A stretch of 53,622 nt of DNA from Craspedostauros australis (GCA_030167865.1 JALAGF010003973.1:62001-115622); one strand, 5' to 3'; shown: positions 22,975-34,853, numbered from the stretch's first letter. Numbers and translations: made by a program. Notes: generated from the letters alone by a model not told the origin.

Positions 22975-23475
22975 CAACAATTGGACTGTCGCTCCACGTG
23001 TTGAATGATAACGTGCGGCGTTTGATATGGAATGAGTATGATACGAGTATGACGTGGTGATAAAGAAGCATCTCCCATGATGCTGCCGTTTCAGTACAGT
23101 CTTGGAAGATACCCCCATGAGTATCACCACGAGTCGAGATCGGTAAATCACAATCGCACTGTGGCAATGGCTTGAGCTGTTGGACAAAGGTGAAGCAAGC
23201 CGCTATGTGCGGCAGTAGTGTCTTTACTCGAATAACACTGCGACTAGGTCGTTCAATATGTCGATGGACTTCTCTCTGTCTTCCTCAATCTTCTGTTGTG
23301 CCCAGGTGCCAATGCCAGCATTGGTCTACGCTCACGCACACCTGCAATTGTAGAAAGTCATACCAGATCCCATGCCGCCGTCACTGCATTGGTGCTGCGG
23401 ATCATATTGTGCTTTGTCCCATGCTTGCATCGCATTCTAATGTGATCTATTCTACTTTACTTCATTGCGAATTGA

Positions 23476-25345
23476 TTAAAATTGAGCATGTTGCCGCCTG
23501 GCGATGCACCTACGTGCCACAGCCAGCGGACCTCCAGCACGCATCGAAAACTCTCGCAACTCGTCGTTGTCAATCTTGTCCTCGTAGTAGTCCGAAAAGT
23601 CATCCGAGCTGTAGTCGCTGTCGTCGCTCAGGTACGACATGTTCGAGACGTAAGTGACTGGAGGGGCTAGAAACGCGGGCCGAGGCTTTTGCGGCTGATG
23701 CTGGTGGACACGGCGGTGCTGAACCTTGCGCTGGAGTTGAGGCTGAGACTTGAATGGTAGCCGCTGCGAGCGTATTTGATACGTCGGAATAGCTGTGCTG
23801 GCTGTGCCGACGCCTGCACCCAGTCTGCCATCAGCCCTGATGCGTTCTGCGCCTCCGTAAAGCTCGTTATCGCCATCGCCATCGCCATCACTGTCGCTGT
23901 CGTATTCGTGGCTGTCGCTATCACTGTAGTAGCTGCCATCGCTGTCATTGTCGCTGTCACTATCGCTGAAAGAGTCATCATCGTAGTCCTCGCGTGATCT
24001 GGCATATGACCTGGCATACGTGCTGGCTCCTCGAGAGCTGTATGTAATGTACGATGTCGTGTCGCTGTCGGACTCATCAGCTAGACCTAGAATATCCTCG
24101 GGCGGGATCTGCCCATTCGACACCATCTTCGCCATGTGCATCGTCAGCGCACCGGGAGGATCGCGGATTGGCATCGAATGAGGCTTGCGTGCACAAAGCA
24201 ACGGTGGGAGCTCTTCACCTTCCACTGCCACGTCCCGACGTGGCCAGAAACGATCCATCTTCGATCGGAAGAAGTCGATGTACGCTGCGTAGTTCTCACG
24301 CCGGATGTAGGACAGCGGGGATGATCCGCGAGTGTCGAGGATGTTCACCAGGTCCCGGTCGCTGCCCAGAATCAGGGACAGAGTGTCGAAGGATGGTTGC
24401 GCCCTCCAGCAGGCATCGTGCAACGGTGTCTTGCCGAAGTCGTCCGTTACCTGAAGAGAACAGTCGAATCGCAGGAGGACCTGCAGGACCTTGTGATCAC
24501 CCTTGCGACACACCATGTGGACCAAAGACTCTCCGAAGGTGTTGCATGGGTTGGGTGATAGACCTGTGCTGAGGAGTTTCTGGAGGAGAACTGCATCCGA
24601 ATTGCAGACGGCGGCCTTGAGCACGCTTCCGTAGCTGGCCATCTGGTATTCGGTGGGTCTATTGAAGTAGGCGGTTTCCAGACTGCAGTACTTTCTGGTC
24701 GAGTACCCTCTCGCGGTGAGTTCCTTGTCAAGGAAAGCTTGAGGCGAGTCCAGGGATGCCTGTGATGCAAGGTTTGTGCGGTTGGTTGGTTGGGAGAGGG
24801 TACGAATGCATGTGGAGGAGAATGAGAACGAGTGTGAGATGAAAGGTTGGAGTGTGCTGTATGAGCTCTGGTATGCGATGCCATACTCTTGTACCTTGCA
24901 TGTGCTCATTGTGACTGCTCCACTCCACTTCACTCTACTCTACTTCACTCTACTCTACTCTACTCTATCAGAGTGGTGGCTTACGTACCTCTTTCTTGGT
25001 CTCCTTCCGCTTGCTCTTGATGGCCCTGCGACTAGCCTGTGCGGCTGTCTCGTGCTTCTGGAGTGTTGCGGTCGCAACAGAGGACTCGGCATCGCTCACG
25101 AAGCCATCGAAGGTCTTGGTGGCCACACCATTCTTCGGTGCTTCGACCACATCCTCGCCTTTCTGCGACCTGAGGAAGATCTTCTGCAGAGCAGCGGGGA
25201 TGCGAGGACCCCTTTTCCTGCGGTTGGAGTATTTGTGAGGGAAGACCTTGCTGCCCAGGCCTTCTGGTGGCTTGTCGACATCATGTCCTCTCTGGGCCAT
25301 GAGGAAGATCTTCTGCAGCGCCTTCGGAACGCGTGGGCCTCCCAT
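23476..25345 (-). CDS. Ankyrin-repeat protein (diatom-type) with acidic D/S-rich C-terminal region; probably 2 exons
   Basis: Ankyrin motifs NTFGESLVHMVCRKG, DDFGKTPLHDACW and DTRGSSPLSY. Probable exon 1 25345-24989 and intron 24988-24760 (GTACGT...CAG) join KKE|ASLDSPQ in frame. The start could extend to 25393. Confidence 0.8.
24919..24967. repeat. Degenerate pentamer repeat (CTCCA/CTTCA/CTCTA) in the predicted ankyrin-gene intron
   Basis: Direct reading. Confidence 0.75.
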
Positions 25346-26066
25346 CTTTGCGAGTGTTGCGTTGGTGTACGGAGAAGAAGTGGTGGGATGCAAGCGAATC
25401 GCCGTGGAACGTTGCCGTGCTGAATGCTTTGCGAATGTTGAAGAGGGTGGTGGTCGATCTCTCGATGATTGATGATTGATGTCTGGTCAGTGCTCTCTTT
25501 ATGTGCTCTTGTGAAAGATCCCATCACTCCACCAATACTCCAAGTGTGCTCTGGAGTCATTCATCGCTGTTGCGCGTGGCATCACCACTGAGGCGCTTGT
25601 GGAGCATCTGCCCATGACTTTCCATGATGCTCCCATCGCTCGATTGAGGCGAAGCAACCGCAACATCGACTTTGGTCCAGTTGCGCCCACAGCTTTCCTG
25701 TTCATGTGGCTGTCCGGGACGCATCTGTGTGGCTCATTGTGTTGAGAGTCGTTGCTGGTTTACATGCCATATCTTGGGAGGTGTGACGAGTGGACACGTC
25801 GGACTTGTGCCGTGGATGTGAGCGATCAATGCGTCCTTGGTCGGCGGAAGCAGCGCGGAATAGCGCTTTGCGCTTAGTCAGGAGACGTGGTGTGACCTGC
25901 GACGCCAGTGGAGTTCCTGAGTTGGGCGAAGAGAGGATTCAGTTTTGGTTAAATGAGGAATGGCGATCTCCGCCTTTCTAATCATGGTTGCGCCGATGAT
26001 GTCGTTGCGAAGGAGCTTTGTCCTCCTCTGGCCTGCTTTGAGTCATTGTCTGATCTTGTTTCTTGG

Positions 26067-26093
26067 GTTGAGCAGGTTGAGCAGGTTGAGCAG
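26067..26093. repeat. (GTTGAGCAG)3 9-bp tandem repeat
   Basis: Direct reading. Confidence 0.8.
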
Positions 26094-26785
26094 GTGGGGC
26101 TGAGGCGTGGGGATCACAATTGCTGGGGCTTTTTGTGCTGTTCGACCAATGCATTCAGCACTTCTCGGCGTTGACATCACTCAACGTGATTCCTTGCGGC
26201 GGTAGGGATAAGTTGTACTCGAGAGTATGGTACGACTAATAGCCGCACAAGAGTACATTCTGAAAGAGTATTTGAGCTTTGTGATCCGCGATGCCTGACG
26301 CCGAGGAATTCGCAAGAGGACCAGCCAGAGGTTGACCAAGTCCAAGTTCGATTTCGATCTTTGGTGCAGCCGAAGCAAGCACAGCCGAGTAGTAGTCCGA
26401 TCTCGCTGACTCTCCCTCGTACTTTTGACATACTGGTATTCGTCCGAGCCACCATCCTTCCCCAGGGGCTCGTGCGGTACCACAAAACAAACGGCCTTGA
26501 GGCATCAAGGGGCCTGTCCATGCCCTCGACAACCGAACAAGCCGCTCCAATCCATGTATCCACCGGCGCATCATCTATCGCGAGATGTTATAACATCTCG
26601 CGGCCATCACTCATGCCCAGACTATTCATGTTCTCCTCTCGAGTTGTTGTGGCAAGCACGAAGGTAAACTATCCAATAATAGAATAGAATATCATATTTA
26701 CAATACATTTACACCTTAACAGATTCGAGGAAGGTATTGTGCAGAATAGACTGACCGACCGACTGGCTGCATGGCACCAATGCTG

Positions 26786-29587
26786 CTACTGATCTGCATC
26801 ATCCTTGGAAAGCTGGCTGAGGCTTTGCTGAATGGCCCATTCCGCTGCGACTTCGGCGAACCCTACATCCTGCCCTCCTTCATCCGGTTGACCACCTATG
26901 TCTGTGCTAGCGGTATTGCTGGTGTCCAGCACATCATCAGATTCCATGGATTGATTGGCAGCATCAGGTCCGAGCAAGGCATCTCCCCGCAGTTGGGTCT
27001 GCTGAGCACCTCCAACGTGAGGCGGGGAAAGCGCGGAGTCTCGACTTGACAAAGTCTGCTGTTGCTGCTGCTGGGTCGGAAGTATCGTAGAGGACTCTTT
27101 TTCTCGTTGCGCTCGGGCCAAGGTGGATTGATTGCGGGCCTCCATCTTGGCGATTTGATTGGTAGTATCCTGTGCTTTACGGGTCAGCTGACGCTCCTGC
27201 ATGCCTCGGAGGGCTTCCACCAGCTGCTCCTCCTTGCCTTTGAACTCGAGCATCATCTCATCGATGTGGCTTGCTTCGTCCGGCACGACCTTCGTCACGA
27301 GATCTACAACCTCCTTTCGAATCTCTTCGCGGCTCCTTTTCACTGTCGGCGTGGTGCTTGCTGTGACGGAAGTATCGCCCGTGTTGGCTGCTGAATCAGA
27401 AAAGAGCGTAGATGGTGTCGTTCTGCCGGATTCATTGTCGATGGAGGCTGCGGGTTCGACGTTGGAATCCGTCTGCGACATTCTGGAATCCGCGTATGAT
27501 AATCTGGAATCCACCGACAGCCCATCCGCCGTGTCCATGCCCGTTCTGATCGACCGGATGCTTTGATCGTCGAACCTGGCAGCAGCGGCCACGATCCCTT
27601 CCCAATTGCCATCTTCGATCAAACGATCGAGTTCGTCGACCTTGTCGAAATCCAACTGCTTGCGCCACGAGCCGCCTCTCAAGGACGACACCTGACTGTA
27701 CGACGAGTACGAAGAATCCGAATCCATGATATGCTCCTGCGTGGCAAGGTACTGCGCTGAATGCCCGACGGCACCCCAATCGCCGTCCGCCAATGCGGTC
27801 TCCAACTCCACCATGTTCTGGATCTCGATTTGCTGGTTATCGGGGCTGCGGCCCGAGGCGTACAACGAAGTGCGATTCATGCCAACGATGACACCATCCG
27901 TCGCATCCATCCCGGTGACCTCAATGGAGTCGGTCGACGCCGGGTGCATGTCCGAGTATATGCTTCCCGTGTCAGACACACGCGTGAGACGAGGATCGTC
28001 GGAACGGCTCTGATGCGAACGAAAGGATGTGGTCGGGCTTTTCACAGGTGTGACGGCCATTTTCGCGACGTCGTCATCATCCTTGCGCTGGAATTCGAGT
28101 CCATCCTGCAGTGAGAAGAAATTGTCTTCCTGCGGTTGGGCCACTTCGAGGTCGTTGTATCCTTCATCGGTTTGCTTCGGTTTGAGCTTGAAGATGGCAA
28201 GGATCGCGAGGATGATGATGAGCACGCCCGCGATGATTCCGATGATCACGCCGAACGATATACCGTCGGATGAGTCGCTAGATGGTTCGTCAGCTGAATC
28301 CGTCTGCGGGGCGCTGGACGGTACGGCAGTTACGACCAGGACAGGAATGGTCGCGTTGACTTCCTCCAGAACTTCCTGAAATCTCCCATTGGCCATCGCT
28401 GCGTTCATGGCAGATTCGTAGAGCGCCTTCGCGACCTGCGGCCGTTCGTCATCGAGAATCAAGCCAATCAAGGCGGTCACATTTTGACATTGCAATGTCG
28501 TCGAGGACGTTGTTCCAGATGCGGATGTCGGACAGTCCACCTGTTCCGAAGCATCCTGGATGGTGGTCGCAGGGCTCCCATCGGCCGCGACCAATTCCGT
28601 CGGCAAATCCACCAGCACGGCCAAATGACGATTGCGCACGCGCATACGACTTTCTGATGGCCTGGTGAAGACGACCTCATTGACAACATCGGTTGCGAGG
28701 TCGTCCATCGCATCGATCAAATTCGATATCTGAATATCCGCGGGTGCCGTGTTTTCTGCCAGTTGTATTGTGTATTCAATCTGCACCTGCAGATCAACCT
28801 GGTGCGTCGGAGCATTTGTCGGCCCTGCTGCCTCAGGAGGTGGCGGTGGCGACGGCGTATCGGTCGGCTTCGCAGATTGCAACGCCATGGGATGCAGGCT
28901 CGGTGGGTCACTCTCAAATGCGGTGGGGATTGCGCTCGGCAGAGAAGATTCACTATTTGATGGTGCTTCAGATGGCGCGGATGATGGCATGAGTGATGGT
29001 GCCATCGTTGTCGTGTTCAACGATATTTGGGATGGAAAGAGCGACGATGAATTGTTGGGAGCCGCTGTTGGCTGCGCCGTCTGCGTCGAATTCGTATCGC
29101 CTCCACCATCCTCGATTGAATCGCTGTACTCCTCCAACGATTCTTCCGCCAACACGCAGACGTCGTTGAGGTAGGATAGCAGAGTCCCATCGGTTTCTTG
29201 TTCTTCAGGAAGCAGCGCCTTGATGTCGATGACCTGCGGCGATTCCGAGCCATTGAGGCAGCATGTATCGCAGAGGCATCCCACCAACCGGAAGTTATCA
29301 CGCAGAACTCCAGGAAGCTGATCGAACATCGTGGAGTTGACGAGGATGTCATCGTCGCCCAACAGAGTGACGAACGTGACGTACTCCTCACGATCGATGA
29401 GGAAGTTAGCATCGGCGTCGGCGTCCACGAGAGCCTGGTGACATGCATCGATGTCAGAGGTGTCCATGCGCCGTGCTGGATATCTTGCATCGTGGATTGT
29501 CCCGCGTGCGCCGGCGATGGTGGACGATGTCACGATGAGGATCCCCATCGTCATCCACGCTGTGCGCCAACACTGCGCAAGCAGCAT
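26786..29587 (-). CDS. Type I single-pass membrane protein of unrecognised family, paralog A (single exon)
   Basis: Signal-peptide-like MLLAQCWRTAWMTMGILIVTSSTIAG; Cys-rich domain with EF-hand-like DADANFLIDREEY; P/S/T stalk; RHL motif; TM FGVIIGIIAGVLIIILAILAIF followed by KLKPK; cytosolic GDWGAVG and GNWEGIVAAAARFD, VVPDE..IDEMMLEFKGKEEQLVEALRGMQER, AAEWAIQQSLSQL. Confidence 0.85.
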   Translation of the reverse strand: MLLAQCWRTAWMTMGILIVTSSTIAGARGTIHDARYPARRMDTSDIDACHQALVDADADANFLIDREEYVTFVTLLGDDDILVNSTMFDQLPGVLRDNFRLVGCLCDTCCLNGSESPQVIDIKALLPEEQETDGTLLSYLNDVCVLAEESLEEYSDSIEDGGGDTNSTQTAQPTAAPNNSSSLFPSQISLNTTTMAPSLMPSSAPSEAPSNSESSLPSAIPTAFESDPPSLHPMALQSAKPTDTPSPPPPPEAAGPTNAPTHQVDLQVQIEYTIQLAENTAPADIQISNLIDAMDDLATDVVNEVVFTRPSESRMRVRNRHLAVLVDLPTELVAADGSPATTIQDASEQVDCPTSASGTTSSTTLQCQNVTALIGLILDDERPQVAKALYESAMNAAMANGRFQEVLEEVNATIPVLVVTAVPSSAPQTDSADEPSSDSSDGISFGVIIGIIAGVLIIILAILAIFKLKPKQTDEGYNDLEVAQPQEDNFFSLQDGLEFQRKDDDDVAKMAVTPVKSPTTSFRSHQSRSDDPRLTRVSDTGSIYSDMHPASTDSIEVTGMDATDGVIVGMNRTSLYASGRSPDNQQIEIQNMVELETALADGDWGAVGHSAQYLATQEHIMDSDSSYSSYSQVSSLRGGSWRKQLDFDKVDELDRLIEDGNWEGIVAAAARFDDQSIRSIRTGMDTADGLSVDSRLSYADSRMSQTDSNVEPAASIDNESGRTTPSTLFSDSAANTGDTSVTASTTPTVKRSREEIRKEVVDLVTKVVPDEASHIDEMMLEFKGKEEQLVEALRGMQERQLTRKAQDTTNQIAKMEARNQSTLARAQREKESSTILPTQQQQQQTLSSRDSALSPPHVGGAQQTQLRGDALLGPDAANQSMESDDVLDTSNTASTDIGGQPDEGGQDVGFAEVAAEWAIQQSLSQLSKDDADQ

Positions 29588-30730
29588 GATTTCTTGCGAG
29601 CGCTGTTGCGGTTCTCTTTTGTCTCTGCGCACTCGTATCCGTGTGTGGGAGGCCAACCACACGAACGCTTCGCTCGTACGAGTATTGGTGTGGTACGATC
29701 TATTATACCAGCACGAGCCTTCGCCTTTTGCGCGCAACCGTATCCAAAGGTGGGGACTGTCCTGATGGAGTATCGCAGAGCCCCTTCCTGGATGCAGCTC
29801 AGCGCGATGCAATGCAATTTGATGCACAGTGCTGTGATGCAGTGGGCTTGTAATATATTCTATGAAGGAGTGCCGTAGCGATTGATGTCGTCGTCGTCTC
29901 TCACTTCGGGAGAATGGGGTTGTGGCACGACGATCGTGTTGTTGTGAATGGAGATGGCGACCCGTGTTGTGCACAACGAGGTCTTGGCCCCCAAAAAGCA
30001 GGGGCCACCAGGAGCCGCGCAGATCCATTCCGAGTCGCCACACAAATCGTGGGTTGCACCTGCGCATTTCGTCACGTTTCGAGACAGCCGTCTGCGCCTG
30101 CTCATGTGCAACGTGTCGCACCTGTCCATTGGCGCCACAATTTCCCGCACGACCAAACAACGAAGCCATCACATCACAAAATCATCGCGCGATCGACAAC
30201 TGAACGAATCAACTCACCCAAGACAGAACACACGCAACACAAAACACGCAACACGCGCAAAGCGTCTGCATCGTATTATACTTGCACAAGTGAACAACGA
30301 TGACGGTCACGGCCACGGTGGCAGCGGCGGCGACGGAGCAAGACATGATTGAAACTTTCACCGCGATACGACTGCACGTACTCGTATCAGAGCAAGTCTC
30401 AAACAGCGAAAGGCGGCGGACTACTCGTGCTCGTGCGAACAGAAGGGAGTCCCCACTCATACGGGTGTGCACGTACGGCGGAGCACTCCACTCCGTGCGT
30501 TTGGCTTGGTTCGCACTTCAGTGAGTAGCAGGATCAACCTGGCTCTTCAATTCGGCAGGGCATGGCACTCGTGTCGGCAGAACATTCTAAAAACGACATA
30601 CTCATACAGTCGTACAGCAGTTCATCTTGATTGTGCAGTGCTGATGGTACTCTAGACATTAAGGAACGGCCACAGTTGACCGAAGACAAGCACGTTGAAG
30701 TCGTGCGCCGCGCATCCAATTGGTTGGACT

Positions 30731-33700
30731 TTACACTTCGTCTTCATGGTTACTTCCTCGCTTCTCTGATGGAGGTCGACTTCGGGAGAAGGAATCTCTC
30801 AATTGGCCCGTGCCTTCTGCTTGCACGAGTGCGCTCAAACTGCGATCGATGGCCCATGTAGCAGCGTTGCTGGCTCCGGCGTCTATGGAATACGAAAGGG
30901 ACGGCGAATGGGAGGAGCATCAAATGACATTGGCAATTACAAGTCCAAGTCGACAAGAGGAAAATGTAGAAAAGTGATCAGTCCAAGATCAACATTGTTA
31001 GTCACACAAAGGCAAGAATGAATAGAGTTTGGCACTGGCATTGGGATATGGCACAAAAGACGATCCTGTGACTATGTGGTGTCATGAACAGCACGTGGCA
31101 CATCACAACACAACAAGCAACCACACTCACTCTCTGAATCCTCGGTATCAGTTTTTGTCTGCTCTGCGATGGCACTCCAAATATCAGCCTGCGCAAAGGC
31201 TTCCTCTTCCTCCTGCAGTCTCTTGAGGCGTCTTGCTCTCTTCTCGTCCACAGTCTCTTCCTTGTCCGCCTCGGGCTTCTTCACAGCTCCTGCCCATCCT
31301 CCATCATTGCCAGCGTCCGGTTCTGTCGTGCTCGATCCTGTGGAATTGGAGTTGTCTTCGCTGCTGAAGCCAGCGTCGTTCTCGATTCTGGCGACGCCTG
31401 CAGCACCGGTATCCCAGTCACCAGCATCGATCGGCGCAGCATATCTGCTCGAGATTGTGCTGTCGTTGGTTGCGCTGCGGTCACCTGCCCTGCGCTCGTC
31501 CTGCCCGTCCGCAGGAACGAAGGCGACAGAGCTGCTGTTGATGGAAGAGGCCATGGATGCGACCGTACCACTGCTTGAGCTTGGGTTGACAGGATCGGTC
31601 TTGTCTTCTATCGCGGATCGTGCGGCGCGCTTGGCCTGTTTGTGTCCTGCAAGCCGAGCTCTCTTTGCAACCTCGCGCTCATGCATCGTTCTCAGCGTCT
31701 CTAACAATTCCTCCTCGCGGCCCTTGAACTGGACCATCATCTCGTCGATGTTGTCGACTTCCTCCGGCACGACACGTTTGACAAGCGTGGTGATTTCGGC
31801 GCGATACTCGGATCGGCGCTTGGCCTTCGAGTCGGTGGTTCCCCGTGAATCGTTCGTATTGAGGGTGCTGCCTGCGATAGACGTCCCGGCGAACGACGTT
31901 GAGGGCACTGTGCCCGATCCCGTCGATTCGACGCCTGAGCCCGACCCGACAGACACGGACGATTGCGATGCATTCGCCGCGTGGGAGCTCAGCAGATTCG
32001 TTCGATTCTCCTCCGCATCAAATCGAGCCGCCGCGGAAACGACGGCCTCCCAATCACCTGCTGCCACGAGGCGATCGAGCTCGGCCGCCCTGTTGGCGTC
32101 AATGACCTTGGATTTGACGGGGGAATCGGTTGAGTATCCGCCACCAGATGACATGGACTCGGTGGATCTCGATGCCAGCAGCGCCGCAGTGACGCCGACG
32201 GCCGCCCAATCTCCACGGTGCATGGCCTGGTCGAGTTCGGAGAAGGCGGTAGCAATCTCGTCGCCATCCTCCTCATCGCCGCTGCGAGATGCTGAGCTCA
32301 TGCTGCGGTTGGCGTACTCAGTTGGGAGGGACGAGGCAGCGAGCATTCTAGCTTGCGTGGTTCCGCCACGCTTCGAATCTGCGTCTCTCAGCATGTTCTC
32401 CACGTCGTCGCTCGTGTGGCTGCTTTCATCGACGGAGGAAAGTCCATCTCGCGAGGACCATCCGGAGGACCCCGCTGAGGCTGACTCGTGGTCGTTATAC
32501 CGTCCGGCTGCGCCGGTAGCGATCGCGGCAGCCGAGATGCGCGATACGTTTCCTGTGCTGCCAGGCGTCATGTAGGTTCTGTCCGGAGATGATGGCTCCG
32601 GCGTCGAAATGCCTTGTTCCTCGTCGGATGTGCCGGTGTCCATCATATGGATGGGTCCCTCCGAGGTTTCGAGGGCAAGATGATCCTCCTCGGCTAGTTC
32701 GTAAGATCTCTTGTCCTCGTAGCTCTCGCTGCTGACGTCCTGGGTTCCGCGGCGTACAAGGAAGAAGGACACCAAACCCACCAGCAGCAATCCGGCAGCA
32801 ACGAAGCCAACAATTGGACCAGCACCGATGGGCTCTGAGGAATTGCCAGTTCCCGTCGACCGGTTCGTGCCTCCGCTAAAGGCAGATTCATCGAGGATTC
32901 TGATTGGAGTGTTAGGGTTGATTCCCAGCAAGATGGTTTGCATATCGCCGCTGTTGACCGCTTCGGTCGCTCCCTTCTCCATGGTTGTCTGGGTCGCTGC
33001 TGCGTCTTCATCCGTGACGGAAATCCCAATCGATGCCGACACCTCCTCGCAGCTATCGTTCTCTGAAATTGATTCCGGGCAGTCTGTTGTGTCATATGTG
33101 GTGTGCACGTGCACAAGTATGAGGGAGTCGCCAAGGTGTGGTTTCCATGTAGGTGGGTGTGAGAGGACGCGCGTGGCGAAGTGCTTGATCATGATTGAAA
33201 AGTGGCACGTTCACAAGCCACCATGTTCCGACGACGCAGGGCATGTGCGTACTCGTACATATCACGGCTGATGCTTGACACGGTGATACAATCAGACGCA
33301 GAGAAGGCGCTCACACACAATCCAGCCTCGATTCAAGAAGGGAAGCACGTTGGTAGCACGTTGATAGCACGCTCGCACTTACCCTGTCGGACGACACCAC
33401 TGACAGAAGACTGCTCCACCGTCACCTGCAGGCGACGTCGGCTGCTGCCTTCGTTGAGAGCATTAGTGAGATCTGCTGCGTACTGATCCAGACTTGCTTC
33501 GATGTCTGGAATGTACTGGTTTCTCGTGTACGTTTGCGTCGTTCCATTCTCCAACGAGATCAAGAATTTAACCGAGGCAATGGCATCAGGCGGAAGTTCT
33601 GTCGGCACTTGCGTTGGTCCCGGTGTCGTTGTTGGCTGCGCCGATGGCGATTCTGACGGTTGATTCGTGGGCTGTGCTGTCAGCGTCGGGTTGGAGCTCG

Positions 33701-34853
33701 GCGGTTCCGATGGAGTTGCAGTCGGCATGCTGGATTCGGTTGGCGACACTGACGCCGTGATCGTTGGCGACGATGTGGGCGTCGATGATGGTGCAACGGA
33801 AGGCGACGCGCTGGGTGATCCGGTCGGTTGGCTCGATGGGGTTTCCGAAGGCGATCCCGTTGGCGTTGCCGTCGGACTGCTCGTGGTTGTTGGAGGTGCC
33901 GATCCAAGAGACGATGGTCGATGGGATGGAACCGATGACGGTGCCGATGTTGGTGCTGCACTCTCCAGGACGGTGGGAAGATCGGACGCGGCAGCCGTCG
34001 GCGATGAGGTGGGCAGGGACGTAGGGACACTCGTTGGCGTATCTGTGGGGGATCCGGTTCTCGTTGCTGTTGGGGCGCTGGTTGGAGGCGCAGTTGGGGC
34101 GTCAGAAGCCATGGAGGACGGAGCTGAGGTGGGCACCAGGGTTGGCTGCGCGGTTGGTGCGCTGGTTGGGGCGCCCGTTGGTGCCGATGTGGGCGACGTG
34201 CTCGGGTGCATCGTGGGCGCCGGGGAATTGGCTGCCAAGTTGACCGAAGCCTGCGACAGCTCGCAGACGGTGTCCAAGTAGTTGTCCTGGTCCCTCGTCC
34301 GGACTTCTCCCGGAAAGGCTCCGAGGTTGGAGATAAAGCGCACTCCGGAACCGCAACAGCCAAGGCCGTCATACGACAGACACAGACATGACAGGAGCTC
34401 GAAGTTGTTTCTGAGGCCACTGGGGAGCTCGCTGAAGAACTCGATGCCCCTGGCAAAGTCGTCGGGTCCCAAGATCTGGACGAACGTGACGTAGTCGCTC
34501 TCCACCATCTTGCGGTCTCCATTTCTGTCGGCAAAGAACAGAGCGTCGAGGCAATCCTGCTTCTGCTTGTCAACGGCCTCTAGTTCCTGGGACCTCGTTG
34601 TGTTCGCAATACTGTTGACTGTGACCTCTTCGATGTCATCTTCAGAACCTTGGGTGCCTTCCATCGCTCTGTTCGCTTGTCTGCTCGTTGTCATGCTCGT
34701 TGCCATGCTCGTCGATCCTCCTGCAGCGGCCATCTCGGCCGCGAATGATGGCGCTTCCTGTGCGTTGGCTTGTGCCTGCGCGTTTGCGTACGCGGCTGTG
34801 ATCTGAGTCGCGATGAGCATCGCCGCAACGCCGAACCTCGCATTGGTGCTCAT
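30731..34853 (-). CDS. Type I single-pass membrane protein of unrecognised family, paralog B (3 exons)
   Basis: Exons 34853-33383, 33083-31131 and 30882-30731; introns 33382-33084 (GTAAGT..CAG) and 31130-30883 (GTGAGT..TAG) splice in frame. Exon 3 (NAATWAIDRSLSAL...HEDEV*) matches the paralog A C-terminus. Signal-like MSTNARFGVAAMLIATQITAAYANA (alternative ATG 34940); long PT/PS repeats; RRRL; TM PIVGFVAAGLLLVGLVSFFLV followed by RR. Confidence 0.85.

Noticed and set aside
25499-25705. 68-aa minus ORF upstream of the ankyrin gene
   Set aside because: No motif and no convincing splice path; could be a uORF but unsupported.
29588-30172. 195-codon N-terminal extension of paralog A in the ORF track
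   Set aside because: No counterpart in paralog B and it would bury the signal peptide; more likely 5' UTR.
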